A DNA stretch of 32,000 nucleotides. Source: Promethearchaeum syntrophicum. Lineage in GTDB: Archaea; Asgardarchaeota; Lokiarchaeia; Sigyniarchaeales; Promethearchaeaceae. Position 1 is the first letter of the stretch; each line of letters begins with the position of its first letter. The notes under the pieces are model-generated. The model worked only from the letters and a program-made list of their open reading frames with translations, was not told where the DNA came from and made no database searches. Both the position numbers and the translations under genes were made by a program. The stretch spans positions 1,140,001-1,172,000 of the forward strand of contig NZ_CP042905.2 in the NCBI RefSeq assembly GCF_008000775.2, read 5' to 3'. Shown here piece after piece: positions 1 to 8,807 of this stretch.

Positions 1-2220
1 AGTTTTTCTACCTTCATCTAACCTGTCCGCCTGTTCAATTAGACCCGCTTCTCTTAATTTGATTGTTCCAGTTTTATAAAGCTCTACAGCTTTTGGATAG
101 GGGCATTCCAGAGATAATATTTTTCCTAAGCCGACTTCTTTTACATAAGCATTTACCACATCTTCAATTTTACTTAAATCACCTAAAACATTCTTTAATT
201 TTGATTCTTTCTTGGAAAGTACTTCAAGTTCTTTTTGGCGTTTTTCTCTTAATTCTTGCTCTTTGAGTTCTTTAATCCTTTGCGCTTCTTCCGCTTTCCT
301 TTCAATTTCTTCTTCATCTAACCGAGCTTTTTCTATTCTCTGAAATTCACGTTCGCGATGTTTCAGATCTTCAATAATTTTTCGTTCATAAGTTTTTCTA
401 CCTTCATCTAACCTGTCCGCTTGTTCAATTAAGCCAGCTTCTCTTAATTTAATTGTTCCAATTTTATAAAGCTCTACAGCTTTTGGATAGGGGCATTCCA
501 GAGATAATATTTTTCCTAAGCCGACTTCTTTTATATAAGCATTTACCACATCTTCAATTTTACTTAAATCACCTAAAACATTCTTTAATTTGGATTCTTT
601 CTTGGAAAGTACTTCAAGTTCTTTTTGACGTTTTTCTCTTAATTCTTTCTCTTTTAGTTCTATTAATCTTTGAGCTTCTTTAGCTCTTATCTCGATTTCT
701 TCTTCTCCTAATCTATATTTTTCTATTCTCTGAATTTCACGTTCGCGATGTTTCTCATCTTCAATAATTTTTCGTTCATAAGTTTTTCTACCTTCATCTA
801 ACCTGTCCGCTTGTTCAATTAGACCCGCTTCTCTTAATTTGATTGTTCCAGTTTTATAAAGCTCTACAGCTTTTGGATAGGGGCATTCCAGAGATAATAT
901 TTTTCCTAAGCCGACTTCTTTTACATAAACATTTACCACATCTTCAATTTTACTTAAATCACCTAAAACATTCTTTAATTTTGATTCTTTCTTGGAAAGT
1001 ACTTTAAGTTCTTTTTGGCGTTTTTCTCTTAATTCTTGATCTTTGAGTTCTATTAATCTTTGAGCTTCTTTAGCTTTTATCTCGATTTCTTCTTCTCCTA
1101 ACCTATATTTTTCTATTCTCTGAATTTCACGTTCGCGAAGTCTCTTATCTTCAATTATTTTCTGTTCATAAGTTTTTCTTCCTTCATCTAACCTGTCTGC
1201 TTGTTCAATTAAACCCGCTTCTCTTAATTTGATTGTGCCAATTTTATAAAGCTCTACAGCTTTTGGATAGGGGCATTCCAGAGATAATATTTTTCCTAAG
1301 CCGACTTCTTTTACATAAACATTTACCACATCTTCAATTTTACTTAAATCACCTAAGACATTCTTTAATTTTGATTCTTTCTTGGAAAGCGTTTCAAGTT
1401 CTTTTTGACGTTTTTCTCTTAATTCTTGCTCTTTGAGTTCTATTAATCTTTGAGCTTCTTTGGCTTTTATCTCGATTTCTTCTTCTCCTAACCTATATTT
1501 TTCTATTCTCTGAATTTCACGTTCGCGAAGTCCCTTATCTTCTTCGATTTTTCGTTCGTATGTTTTTCTACCATCATCTAACCTATCTGCTTGTTCGATT
1601 AGACCTGCTTCTCTTAATTTCTTTGTTCCTATATTATAAAGTTCTACAGCTTTTGGATATGGACATTCTAAGGACAAAATTTTACCTAAACCAACTCCTT
1701 TTGCATAATCATTAACAACATCTTCGATTTTACTAATATCACCTAAAACATCCTTTAATTTCGATTCTTTTTGAGAAATTGCTTCAAGTTCTTTTTGACG
1801 CTTATCTCTCAATTCTTTCTCTTTTAATTCTTGAATTCTTTGTGCTTCTTCCGCTTTCCTTTCAATTTCATCTTCATCTAACCGAGCTTTTTCTATTCTC
1901 TTTTTTTCGCGTTCACGAATCTTCTTATCTTCAAGAATTTTACTTTCGTAAGTTTTTCTTCCTTCATCCAAACGATTGGCTTGCTCAATTAAACCCGCTT
2001 CTCTCAATTTCTTTGTTCCAATATTATAAAGCTCAACTGCTTTTGGATACGGGCATTCTAAGAACAAAATCTTTCCTAAACCTACTTCTCTTGCATATTC
2101 GTTTACTACATCTTCAATTATACTAATATCGCCTAAAACATCTTTTAATTGTGATTCTTTTTGGGAAATTGCTTCAAGCTCTTTTTGCCGTCTCTCTCTT
2201 TGTTCCTTTTCTTTTTCTTC
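1..2220 (-). repeat. Tandem 390-bp (130-aa) in-frame repeat array within the giant coiled-coil gene
   Basis: The motif 'gggcattcc/t' (encoding the LECPYPKA segment) recurs at 101, 491, 881, 1271, then 1661 and 2051: exact 390-bp spacing. By hand count, 61-240 versus 841-1020 differ at about 2/180 nt and 61-240 versus 451-630 at about 5/180 nt. Confidence 0.95.
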
Positions 2221-4362
2221 TTTTATTCTTAGAGATTCTTTAGCCTTTTGTTCAACCTCTTCTTCCTGTTTCTGAACATATTCTAAGTGTTTTCTTTTTT
2301 CTTCTTGATTTCTTTCAAAAATTAATAGTTTTTGCTTGTATGAGACTTCCCCATCTTTTAACAATTTTGAATGCTCATGAAATCCAATTTCGGATAATTT
2401 TTCACTACTTATTCGATATAATTCAATTGCTTCTGAATAACGGTTTTTTGCTTCAGTAAAATCTCCCTGTTGTTCCATAATATTTATTGCTTCTTCCATT
2501 TCACTTATTTTCGCAAGAATTTCTTTCAATTGATTATCTTTTTGAGTTAATTTTTCCAATTCATTCTGTCGTTTCGCTTTTGCTCTATTTAATTCTTCAT
2601 CTCTTAATTTTTGTGCTTCTTTTGCTTTTCTCTCGATCTCTTCTTTTTCTTGTTTGATATTTTCTAATCTTTGTTTTTCAAGTTCGCGAAGTTTCTCATC
2701 CTCAGTAATTTTTAGCTTGTATGTTTTACCCCCTTCTTCTAATCTGTCTGCTTGTTCAATTAAGCCTATTTCTCTTAGCTTATTTGTTCCAATATAGTAT
2801 AGCTCTACTGCTTTTGGATAAGGGCATTCTAAAGATAAAATTTTTCCAAGTCCGACTCGACTTTCATACCCACTTATAACTTCTTCAATTATACTTATGT
2901 CTTTAAGAACATCTTTTAATCGGGATTCTTTTTTAGATAATTCTTCTAATTCTTTTTGACGTTTTTCTTTTTCAATTCTTAATTTTTCATCCCTTAATAT
3001 TTGTGCTTCTTTAGCTTTCTTTTCAATCTCTTCTTCGTCTTGTTTAATTTTTTCTAATCTCTTTTTTTCTTCTACGCGCAGTTTTTCATCTTCAAAGATT
3101 TTTTGTTTGTACGTATTTTCTCCATCTGCTAAGCGATCAGCTTGGTCAAAGTATCCAATATCTCTTAGTTTTTTGCTTCCTTCTCCATAAGTTCTAATAG
3201 CATTTGGATATGGACATTCTAAAGATAGGATTTTGCCCAGATGAACTTGATTTTCATAATAATTAACTACATCTTCGATTTTACTGATATTTGACAATAC
3301 TTCCTTTAATTTCGCTTCTTTCTGAGAGAGAATCTCTAATTCCCTTTGACGTTTTTCTCGTTCCTCTTTTTCTTTGGATTCTCTTAGTTGTTGAGATTCT
3401 TTAGCTAGTTTCTCAATTGCTTCTTCATCTAAACGCTTTTTCATCAGGTTTTCTTCTAGTTTTTTCTTTTCTGATTTTAGTTTTTCTCTTTGTTTAATGG
3501 TTAGGCTAATTTCTTCTTGAACTTCATTTGCTTCTTTTTGCCACCCAATTTTTTTGAAGATCTCTAAAGCTTCTTTATATGCATTCGTAGCTAAATCAAA
3601 TTGGTTTAAATTTCTAAATTGGATTGCTTCATCTAATAATGAAAGAGCTTTATCGCTTTTCGCTTTTTTAAGAAGTTCTTCCTTTTTATGTTCCATCTCA
3701 ATAGATTCTTGTAACCTTTTCTTTTCATCTTCTAATTTCCTTGATAGCTCTATTGTCTTTTGAGTTTCTTTTTGAGCTTCCCAAACTTTTTCGGCTTTTC
3801 TTTCATCATCTTTCAACTTTTTTTTATAATTTTGAAATTTATTTCTAGCATCATTTAATAATTCTAAAGTTCGGTTTACTTCTGCAGACCAGTTTATATT
3901 TTTAAAGTTTTCAAGTGCTTTCGTAAATGAATCTATACCTAATTGATAATCATCTTTTAATAAAGCTTTACTCCCCGTCTCTAAAAGATCATAGGCCTCA
4001 TTTGATAATTTTTCTTCAATTTCTTTCTTTTTCCTTAAAGCCTCTAATTTTTGATTTTTTTCTGCTGTCTTTCTATCTTGAAGTCGTTGACGAGCCGCTT
4101 CTAATTGTTTTTCTTTCTCTTTATTTTCAAGTTTTTTCTGTTCAATTTCCTTTTGTTTTCTAGCACGTTCTTCTTGAATTTTCACTTTTTTGTTAACTTC
4201 TTCAATCATAGATTTAATAGTCCTTACTCTTTCATCCCATCCCAGTTCAGTAGCCATATGTTTAGCTATCTCCAATTTTTGAAGACCTGAAGATATTTTT
4301 TTCTCTTGAATATCCAAATCTGCTTCGATGAGTAATAGATCAATTTTTTCTCGACTTGACAT
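1..4362 (-). CDS. Giant modular coiled-coil / TPR-like protein (partial, continues past left edge)
   Basis: ATG (plus-strand 'cat' at 4360-4362) opens a minus-strand frame aligned to codons 1-3, 4-6 and so on; every line I checked in this frame was free of stops. N-term MSSREKIDLLLIEADLDIQEKKISSGLQKLEIAKHMATELGWDERVRTIK...; then repeated units such as LSKKESKLKNVLGDLSKIEDVVNAYVKEVGLGKILSLECPYPKAVELYKTGTIKLREAGLIEQADRLDEGRKTYERKIIEDEKHREREIQRIEK. The track omits it, probably because it has no stop inside the window. Confidence 0.93.
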   Translation of the reverse strand, partial: MSSREKIDLLLIEADLDIQEKKISSGLQKLEIAKHMATELGWDERVRTIKSMIEEVNKKVKIQEERARKQKEIEQKKLENKEKEKQLEAARQRLQDRKTAEKNQKLEALRKKKEIEEKLSNEAYDLLETGSKALLKDDYQLGIDSFTKALENFKNINWSAEVNRTLELLNDARNKFQNYKKKLKDDERKAEKVWEAQKETQKTIELSRKLEDEKKRLQESIEMEHKKEELLKKAKSDKALSLLDEAIQFRNLNQFDLATNAYKEALEIFKKIGWQKEANEVQEEISLTIKQREKLKSEKKKLEENLMKKRLDEEAIEKLAKESQQLRESKEKEEREKRQRELEILSQKEAKLKEVLSNISKIEDVVNYYENQVHLGKILSLECPYPNAIRTYGEGSKKLRDIGYFDQADRLADGENTYKQKIFEDEKLRVEEKKRLEKIKQDEEEIEKKAKEAQILRDEKLRIEKEKRQKELEELSKKESRLKDVLKDISIIEEVISGYESRVGLGKILSLECPYPKAVELYYIGTNKLREIGLIEQADRLEEGGKTYKLKITEDEKLRELEKQRLENIKQEKEEIERKAKEAQKLRDEELNRAKAKRQNELEKLTQKDNQLKEILAKISEMEEAINIMEQQGDFTEAKNRYSEAIELYRISSEKLSEIGFHEHSKLLKDGEVSYKQKLLIFERNQEEKRKHLEYVQKQEEEVEQKAKESLRIKEEKEKEQRERRQKELEAISQKESQLKDVLGDISIIEDVVNEYAREVGLGKILFLECPYPKAVELYNIGTKKLREAGLIEQANRLDEGRKTYESKILEDKKIREREKKRIEKARLDEDEIERKAEEAQRIQELKEKELRDKRQKELEAISQKESKLKDVLGDISKIEDVVNDYAKGVGLGKILSLECPYPKAVELYNIGTKKLREAGLIEQADRLDDGRKTYERKIEEDKGLREREIQRIEKYRLGEEEIEIKAKEAQRLIELKEQELREKRQKELETLSKKESKLKNVLGDLSKIEDVVNVYVKEVGLGKILSLECPYPKAVELYKIGTIKLREAGLIEQADRLDEGRKTYEQKIIEDKRLREREIQRIEKYRLGEEEIEIKAKEAQRLIELKDQELREKRQKELKVLSKKESKLKNVLGDLSKIEDVVNVYVKEVGLGKILSLECPYPKAVELYKTGTIKLREAGLIEQADRLDEGRKTYERKIIEDEKHREREIQRIEKYRLGEEEIEIRAKEAQRLIELKEKELREKRQKELEVLSKKESKLKNVLGDLSKIEDVVNAYIKEVGLGKILSLECPYPKAVELYKIGTIKLREAGLIEQADRLDEGRKTYERKIIEDLKHREREFQRIEKARLDEEEIERKAEEAQRIKELKEQELREKRQKELEVLSKKESKLKNVLGDLSKIEDVVNAYVKEVGLGKILSLECPYPKAVELYKTGTIKLREAGLIEQADRLDEGRKT
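2640..3400 (-). repeat. Two more diverged 390-bp modules of the same family, separated from the main array by a variant module
   Basis: The homologous ECPYPKA / ECPYPNA segments lie near 2822 and 3212 (390 bp apart); the 2051 to 2822 gap is 771 bp and holds a variant TPR-like unit (EEAINIMEQQGDFTEAKNRYSEAIELYRISSEKLSEIGFHEHSK). Confidence 0.85.
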
Positions 4363-4441
4363 TATTATATTACCTTAAAATACATTAATTAAAAAATTCG
4401 ATTATGCTATCTACATTACAAAATTCTATTTTTAACTTAAA

Positions 4442-4732
4442 TTATAAATCTTGAGATTCAAGAAAATTGTCAGCTATCTCGCCACCGGTCTTTGAAAGAG
4501 AAAATTTATTATTATGATTTTCAATATATCCTTCTTTTTCTAACTTCTGTAATAAGCTAGCGATTTTAGATACATTCAGTTTAATTTTAATATCTGATCT
4601 TAGACTTAATGAAATCTCATCGATATTGACTGGTTCGCCTATATCATCTTCAATTACCCCTAAAGCAGCAATGACTGCATGTTCTATCTTCTTATCACCC
4701 ATGTTTATTCCGAAGTTAATTATGAATGTCAA
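4442..4732 (-). CDS. Small winged-helix DNA-binding-like protein (96 aa)
   Basis: KIEHAVIAALGVIEDDIGEPVNIDEISLSLRSDIKIKLNVSKIASLLQKLEKEGYIENHNNKFSLSKTGGEIADNF has the helix-turn-helix plus wing pattern. Confidence 0.65.
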   Translation of the reverse strand: MTFIINFGINMGDKKIEHAVIAALGVIEDDIGEPVNIDEISLSLRSDIKIKLNVSKIASLLQKLEKEGYIENHNNKFSLSKTGGEIADNFLESQDL

Positions 4733-4791
4733 CTTAAATATTTATTTTGTTAAGCATAAGGTTTTATTTGGCAATCGAATATTATAGTGAT

Positions 4792-7700
4792 ATGGCGAAA
4801 AAATCGTGTAGTAAACACTATAGGTACGTCGCAACTTGTCCGAATTGTAGGGCTGAAAATGACGCCAAAGAACCAGACAAGATTGTAGAGCCCGAAATAC
4901 CTTTATATGGAGATGTTAATGAGGGTGAAGATCGAGCTCCGCCACCAGATCGATTTCAATATATACGTCGTCTTCCTCCAGGTAGTAGAAAACGTTTATT
5001 AATTATCGGAGTGGTTATTGCTATAGTTATTGTGATTATTGGGCTATGGAGTATACCTCTATGGCTGGCTAAGATAAACTTACAACAACAGCTTTATGCA
5101 GTTAAAGGGGGTAATCTTGATTTCTGGGAATTATATACTCTAAATTTTTGGTCAACAAATTTTTTCTTTAATAAAATAGGGTTAATTGGAGCGTTAATTG
5201 GTTGTTTTATTATGTCAATTCCTCCTGAAAACACACTTCTTGCTCTTTTAGGGCGAAAATTTGGATGGGGTGTAATTTCTAAAAAAAAAGTATTCTTATT
5301 ATGGTGGACTGCTGGATTTGCACTTTTCTTTATAATTGGCCAAGCTATGGAAACTGGATATTTTGCATTATCCATGTATATGATCGAAGAAGGAGATACA
5401 TCATTTTCTTTTTTAAAAGCTATCAGTATATTGAATGGTAATTCAAACGTTTCTCAATTGGATGTATTTATCTATAAATCCGTAACTCTTCCGATAATCA
5501 ATTATATTTTAATTTTAATCGCTCTAAGAGTCATAATTTTAATAGTAAAATATTTCCTTTTAAAAGATGAATTCTTGATTGCAGCTCAAGTTAGTTTCTT
5601 AATAGAAATTTTCTTCTTGATGGGATTATTTGGAAAACCCCTTGATACATTAAATGGAATAGATTTTATACAGATATGGAGTATATACCTTGGTTTAATT
5701 ATTTTCCTTGGTGTGGGGATTGCCTTCATGATCATCGGAAAAAGGAGAAGAAGAATCAATATTACTCAATTTCCACGAAATATTCAAAAACAGGCAATTG
5801 TTAGTGCCCTTGCGATAATCATCATTATTTTAATCCCTGTTTTTAGTAGTATTCCAAAAAGTGTAGGGTTAACTCAACAAGAAATTTGGGAGGAAGTTGA
5901 ATGGGATGTAAAATATGAGAAACAAATTGACTGGACCCGACAAGCGGCAGGGATGGAAATTGGCACTAAAGAATTTTTCACCGTGAATGATATTAATGAT
6001 TATCCAGACAATGTCACTGTTGAAGATTTGGATCTCTTGAATGTCATTCGGCGATATGATAAACAAATCTCAGTAAAACAAATGGACCCTATTGCCCAAT
6101 TAACGCATGAGTCCCTCGCAGATAGTGATATCATATTTATTCCTAACGGAACAGGACAAGGAGAATATTGGGTTGCTCCTAAAACAATAAATGTTGATAT
6201 TCTTGATAATTCGGTAAAAATGCATACAGAATTCTATGACCATGTAGAAGGTTTTATTGCATTAGATACTTCCTCTGGGGGTATTGTCGATAATGCCGAA
6301 TTTGAAGCTATTTTTGGAGTTTCAAGTGATCATCCAATTTTCTTTGGTGAACGTGAAGAATCATTCGATACTAGTTCTGTTTTTGACACTACTACGTTTA
6401 TTGAAAAAATTGCGTATGAAAATGATATTTTACTAGGTAGTAATTGGAGTACAACTAACACTTATCGTTATGATATAACCAATGATCTTCCTGATGGGAA
6501 TCTTACTGGGTTACAAGCATTTTGGTTTACATTAGATATGGGTTTAACCTCATATGCACTTGATGGTCAGCTGAAAGAATATTTAATTAACAGAAATATT
6601 CGAACTCGTGTGGAATCCGTATTAATGCCAGGTCTTAGAATAGATGATGATCCGTATTTAGTGTTTGATCGAGAAAATGGGAAAATGTTTTATGCTGTAT
6701 CAATTTTTACCGATATCGAAATTGGCTCCTATACTATGTGTCCTATGTATCGTTTTATGGGTGTTGCTTTAATTGATGTTAAGAGCGGTGAAATATCTTG
6801 GTATAGAAATCCTGGATTACCTGCCTTTACTAATGACAATCTAGGATCTCTTTGGAGTTTATATGCAAATCTTTATCCATGGCAAGATCCTGAAATTTGG
6901 CTCATGAATCAACTTCGTTATCCAGAAACTCTATGGGAAAATCAATTAAAGGTCGATTATATTTATCACGTTACTGAACCAACCACATGGTTTGCTGAGA
7001 ATGATTTTTATGTACTACCTGACAATGGAGATGTGTTCTATATTGAAACGGATTTAGGAGATGGACTCGAATTTGTTGGTGTTCAACTTGTAAAATACAC
7101 TCGTGCTGAAGCATTAAAACTAGCTGGTCTTTACATAATAAGACAAGGAGAACATTTTGGGGAAACATTGTTTTATCAGACACTAAATTCTCTACAAGAT
7201 TTAACTGGACCAAATACCGCATCTGATCAATTTGAAACAGACGCAAGTGAAAGAATAACTCTTATAGGCGATAATAGGTTTGGTAATGTTCTTCTATATC
7301 CCCTCGCAGGTTCTCTTTATTATTTTATCCCCGTTTATTCTGTTTTAGAAGATTATGAAACGTTAGCTTTTATTGGACTTGTGAACGCTTTCAATAAATC
7401 CCTAATAGCATATGGAAATACATTAGCTGAAGCTTATAGTGATTTATCAATTAAACTTGATTTGACAACACCGGTAGAAACTTCATCTGATGATTTAGCA
7501 TTAAATTTGATTTCATATACTGAAGAAATTACCTATGGTGTTGATAATTGGGCAGAATTTAGAACTTTAATTGATTATTTCAATACTACAGAGACTCTTC
7601 CGATGCGAAACCTTACCTTAAACATGACAGTTCGTTCCGCAGTAAATATGAGTGTTAAAGTATCAAATGTGTTAATTCCTGGGATAGAATATGATTTTAC

Positions 7701-7920
7701 GCCCTTAACAACAGCTTTTAATTATACTCTCGCAACTTGGAATGATACAACAGGATTAAACCCTGGCGATTTAGCGGGAATTACAATTAAAATGAACACT
7801 GAAGAAAATTTGGACTCAGATATCTATGTTTATTATAAGTTTGATTTAATTGATATAGATGATCCAACAAAGATATTATCTACCGTCTGGTATTCCATTT
7901 TATGGAATGTAGATGTTTAA
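4792..7920 (+). CDS. UPF0182-like multi-pass membrane protein with N-terminal zinc-ribbon-like segment
   Basis: Track ORF starts at 4747; the more plausible ATG is 4792 (MAKKSCSKHYRYVATCPNCRAEN). Several hydrophobic segments, followed by a large extracytoplasmic region with QLRYPETLWENQLKVDYIYHVTEPTTWFAENDFYVLP, resembling the UPF0182 'HLRYPE.LF..Q...YHVTDP..F' signature. Confidence 0.75.
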   Translation: MAKKSCSKHYRYVATCPNCRAENDAKEPDKIVEPEIPLYGDVNEGEDRAPPPDRFQYIRRLPPGSRKRLLIIGVVIAIVIVIIGLWSIPLWLAKINLQQQLYAVKGGNLDFWELYTLNFWSTNFFFNKIGLIGALIGCFIMSIPPENTLLALLGRKFGWGVISKKKVFLLWWTAGFALFFIIGQAMETGYFALSMYMIEEGDTSFSFLKAISILNGNSNVSQLDVFIYKSVTLPIINYILILIALRVIILIVKYFLLKDEFLIAAQVSFLIEIFFLMGLFGKPLDTLNGIDFIQIWSIYLGLIIFLGVGIAFMIIGKRRRRINITQFPRNIQKQAIVSALAIIIIILIPVFSSIPKSVGLTQQEIWEEVEWDVKYEKQIDWTRQAAGMEIGTKEFFTVNDINDYPDNVTVEDLDLLNVIRRYDKQISVKQMDPIAQLTHESLADSDIIFIPNGTGQGEYWVAPKTINVDILDNSVKMHTEFYDHVEGFIALDTSSGGIVDNAEFEAIFGVSSDHPIFFGEREESFDTSSVFDTTTFIEKIAYENDILLGSNWSTTNTYRYDITNDLPDGNLTGLQAFWFTLDMGLTSYALDGQLKEYLINRNIRTRVESVLMPGLRIDDDPYLVFDRENGKMFYAVSIFTDIEIGSYTMCPMYRFMGVALIDVKSGEISWYRNPGLPAFTNDNLGSLWSLYANLYPWQDPEIWLMNQLRYPETLWENQLKVDYIYHVTEPTTWFAENDFYVLPDNGDVFYIETDLGDGLEFVGVQLVKYTRAEALKLAGLYIIRQGEHFGETLFYQTLNSLQDLTGPNTASDQFETDASERITLIGDNRFGNVLLYPLAGSLYYFIPVYSVLEDYETLAFIGLVNAFNKSLIAYGNTLAEAYSDLSIKLDLTTPVETSSDDLALNLISYTEEITYGVDNWAEFRTLIDYFNTTETLPMRNLTLNMTVRSAVNMSVKVSNVLIPGIEYDFTPLTTAFNYTLATWNDTTGLNPGDLAGITIKMNTEENLDSDIYVYYKFDLIDIDDPTKILSTVWYSILWNVDV

Positions 7921-7930
7921 TTTTTTTTTT
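7921..7930 (+). terminator. Poly-T tract immediately after the UPF0182-like stop codon
   Basis: Ten consecutive T directly after TAA; U-tract termination is typical for archaea. Confidence 0.45.
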
Positions 7931-8040
7931 AAGGTTTTTAAACGATAAAACCTTCAATTTTTAATTCTTTATTTTTTCTCAAATTATATCAAGTAATTTT
8001 TATCTATCTAACCATGGTTTCAACGAAAAAAATTATTCTC

Positions 8041-8661
8041 TTAAAATTTAATATCGTACTCATCATCTATGGTTATTTCCATTTCCGATCTCTCTTCTTC
8101 AAGTAATTCATTGGAAGTATTAAGATTTTTCTTACTTGATTTGATTTTTTTAGTGATCCATTTTTCATCAAAATTGAAAATTTTTTGTCCTTTGATAATT
8201 TGCGAGAAAAATTCACTCTCTATGGATTCAATATATGGATTATCTTTAAGTTTGACGATGAATTCTTTATGATCTTCTTCCTTACGGTGAATCGAAATCA
8301 AATAAATGATTTTTCCATCATCGGAAAGAGCAATGAATAAAACTTGAGGAAATTCTTTATCTAAGAAGTTTGCAAATGATTTTATAAACATATCATCCAA
8401 TGAGGAAAAATTCAAGGGTTTAACAACAATTTTTTCAAAAGAAATTTTTTTTATATTTAAGAATTTTGGATTGAATATTACAGAATATCCTAAGATTACT
8501 TCATTGGATTTTAAACGTTGTAATCGATGATAAATTGTACTGGTTTTCTTATTTAATTCATCAGCCAGCTTTTTCAGACTTTTTCGGGCATCATCTTCTA
8601 AATACTTCAGAATTTCAATATCCAGATCATCAATTTGTTTTTTCATTTTTATTTTTTCCAT
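8041..8661 (-). CDS. Lrp/AsnC-like transcriptional regulator
   Basis: N-term IDDLDIEILKYLEDDARKSLKKLADELNKKTSTIYHRLQRLKSNEVILGYSVIFNPK is a classic Lrp/AsnC HTH; followed by a ligand-binding-like region. Confidence 0.8.
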   Translation of the reverse strand: MEKIKMKKQIDDLDIEILKYLEDDARKSLKKLADELNKKTSTIYHRLQRLKSNEVILGYSVIFNPKFLNIKKISFEKIVVKPLNFSSLDDMFIKSFANFLDKEFPQVLFIALSDDGKIIYLISIHRKEEDHKEFIVKLKDNPYIESIESEFFSQIIKGQKIFNFDEKWITKKIKSSKKNLNTSNELLEEERSEMEITIDDEYDIKF

Positions 8662-8807
8662 AAATTTCTGTAAATTCTTTAATAAAAACTTGTAATTTCT
8701 CTAATAAAAATTTGTTTATTTATAATTTTAAGTTATGTTTTTTGCAATTTTTCTAAAATAAAAATAAGAAAGTTGAAAAGTTTGTAAAAAAAAGATGAAA
8801 AAAAATC

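Noticed and set aside
63-2126. Plus-strand ORFs 63..266, 453..683, 1233..1436 and 1779..2126 with near-identical sequences (MFQFYKALQLLDRGIPEII...)
   Set aside because: They are antisense to the giant minus-strand repeat ORF; their similarity is a by-product of the 390-bp repeats, not a plus-strand gene family.
1-3400. Tandem repeats as a CRISPR array or mobile-element signature
   Set aside because: Period of 390 bp, in frame and coding throughout, with no short repeat/unique spacer organisation and no cas genes.
3554-4290. Plus-strand ORFs 3554..3763, 3927..4163, 4105..4290
   Set aside because: Low-complexity Phe/Leu/Ser translations antisense to the coiled-coil gene.
5094-7246. Minus-strand ORFs 5094..5375, 5869..6066, 6971..7246
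   Set aside because: Antisense to the long UPF0182-like CDS, which has coherent family similarity.
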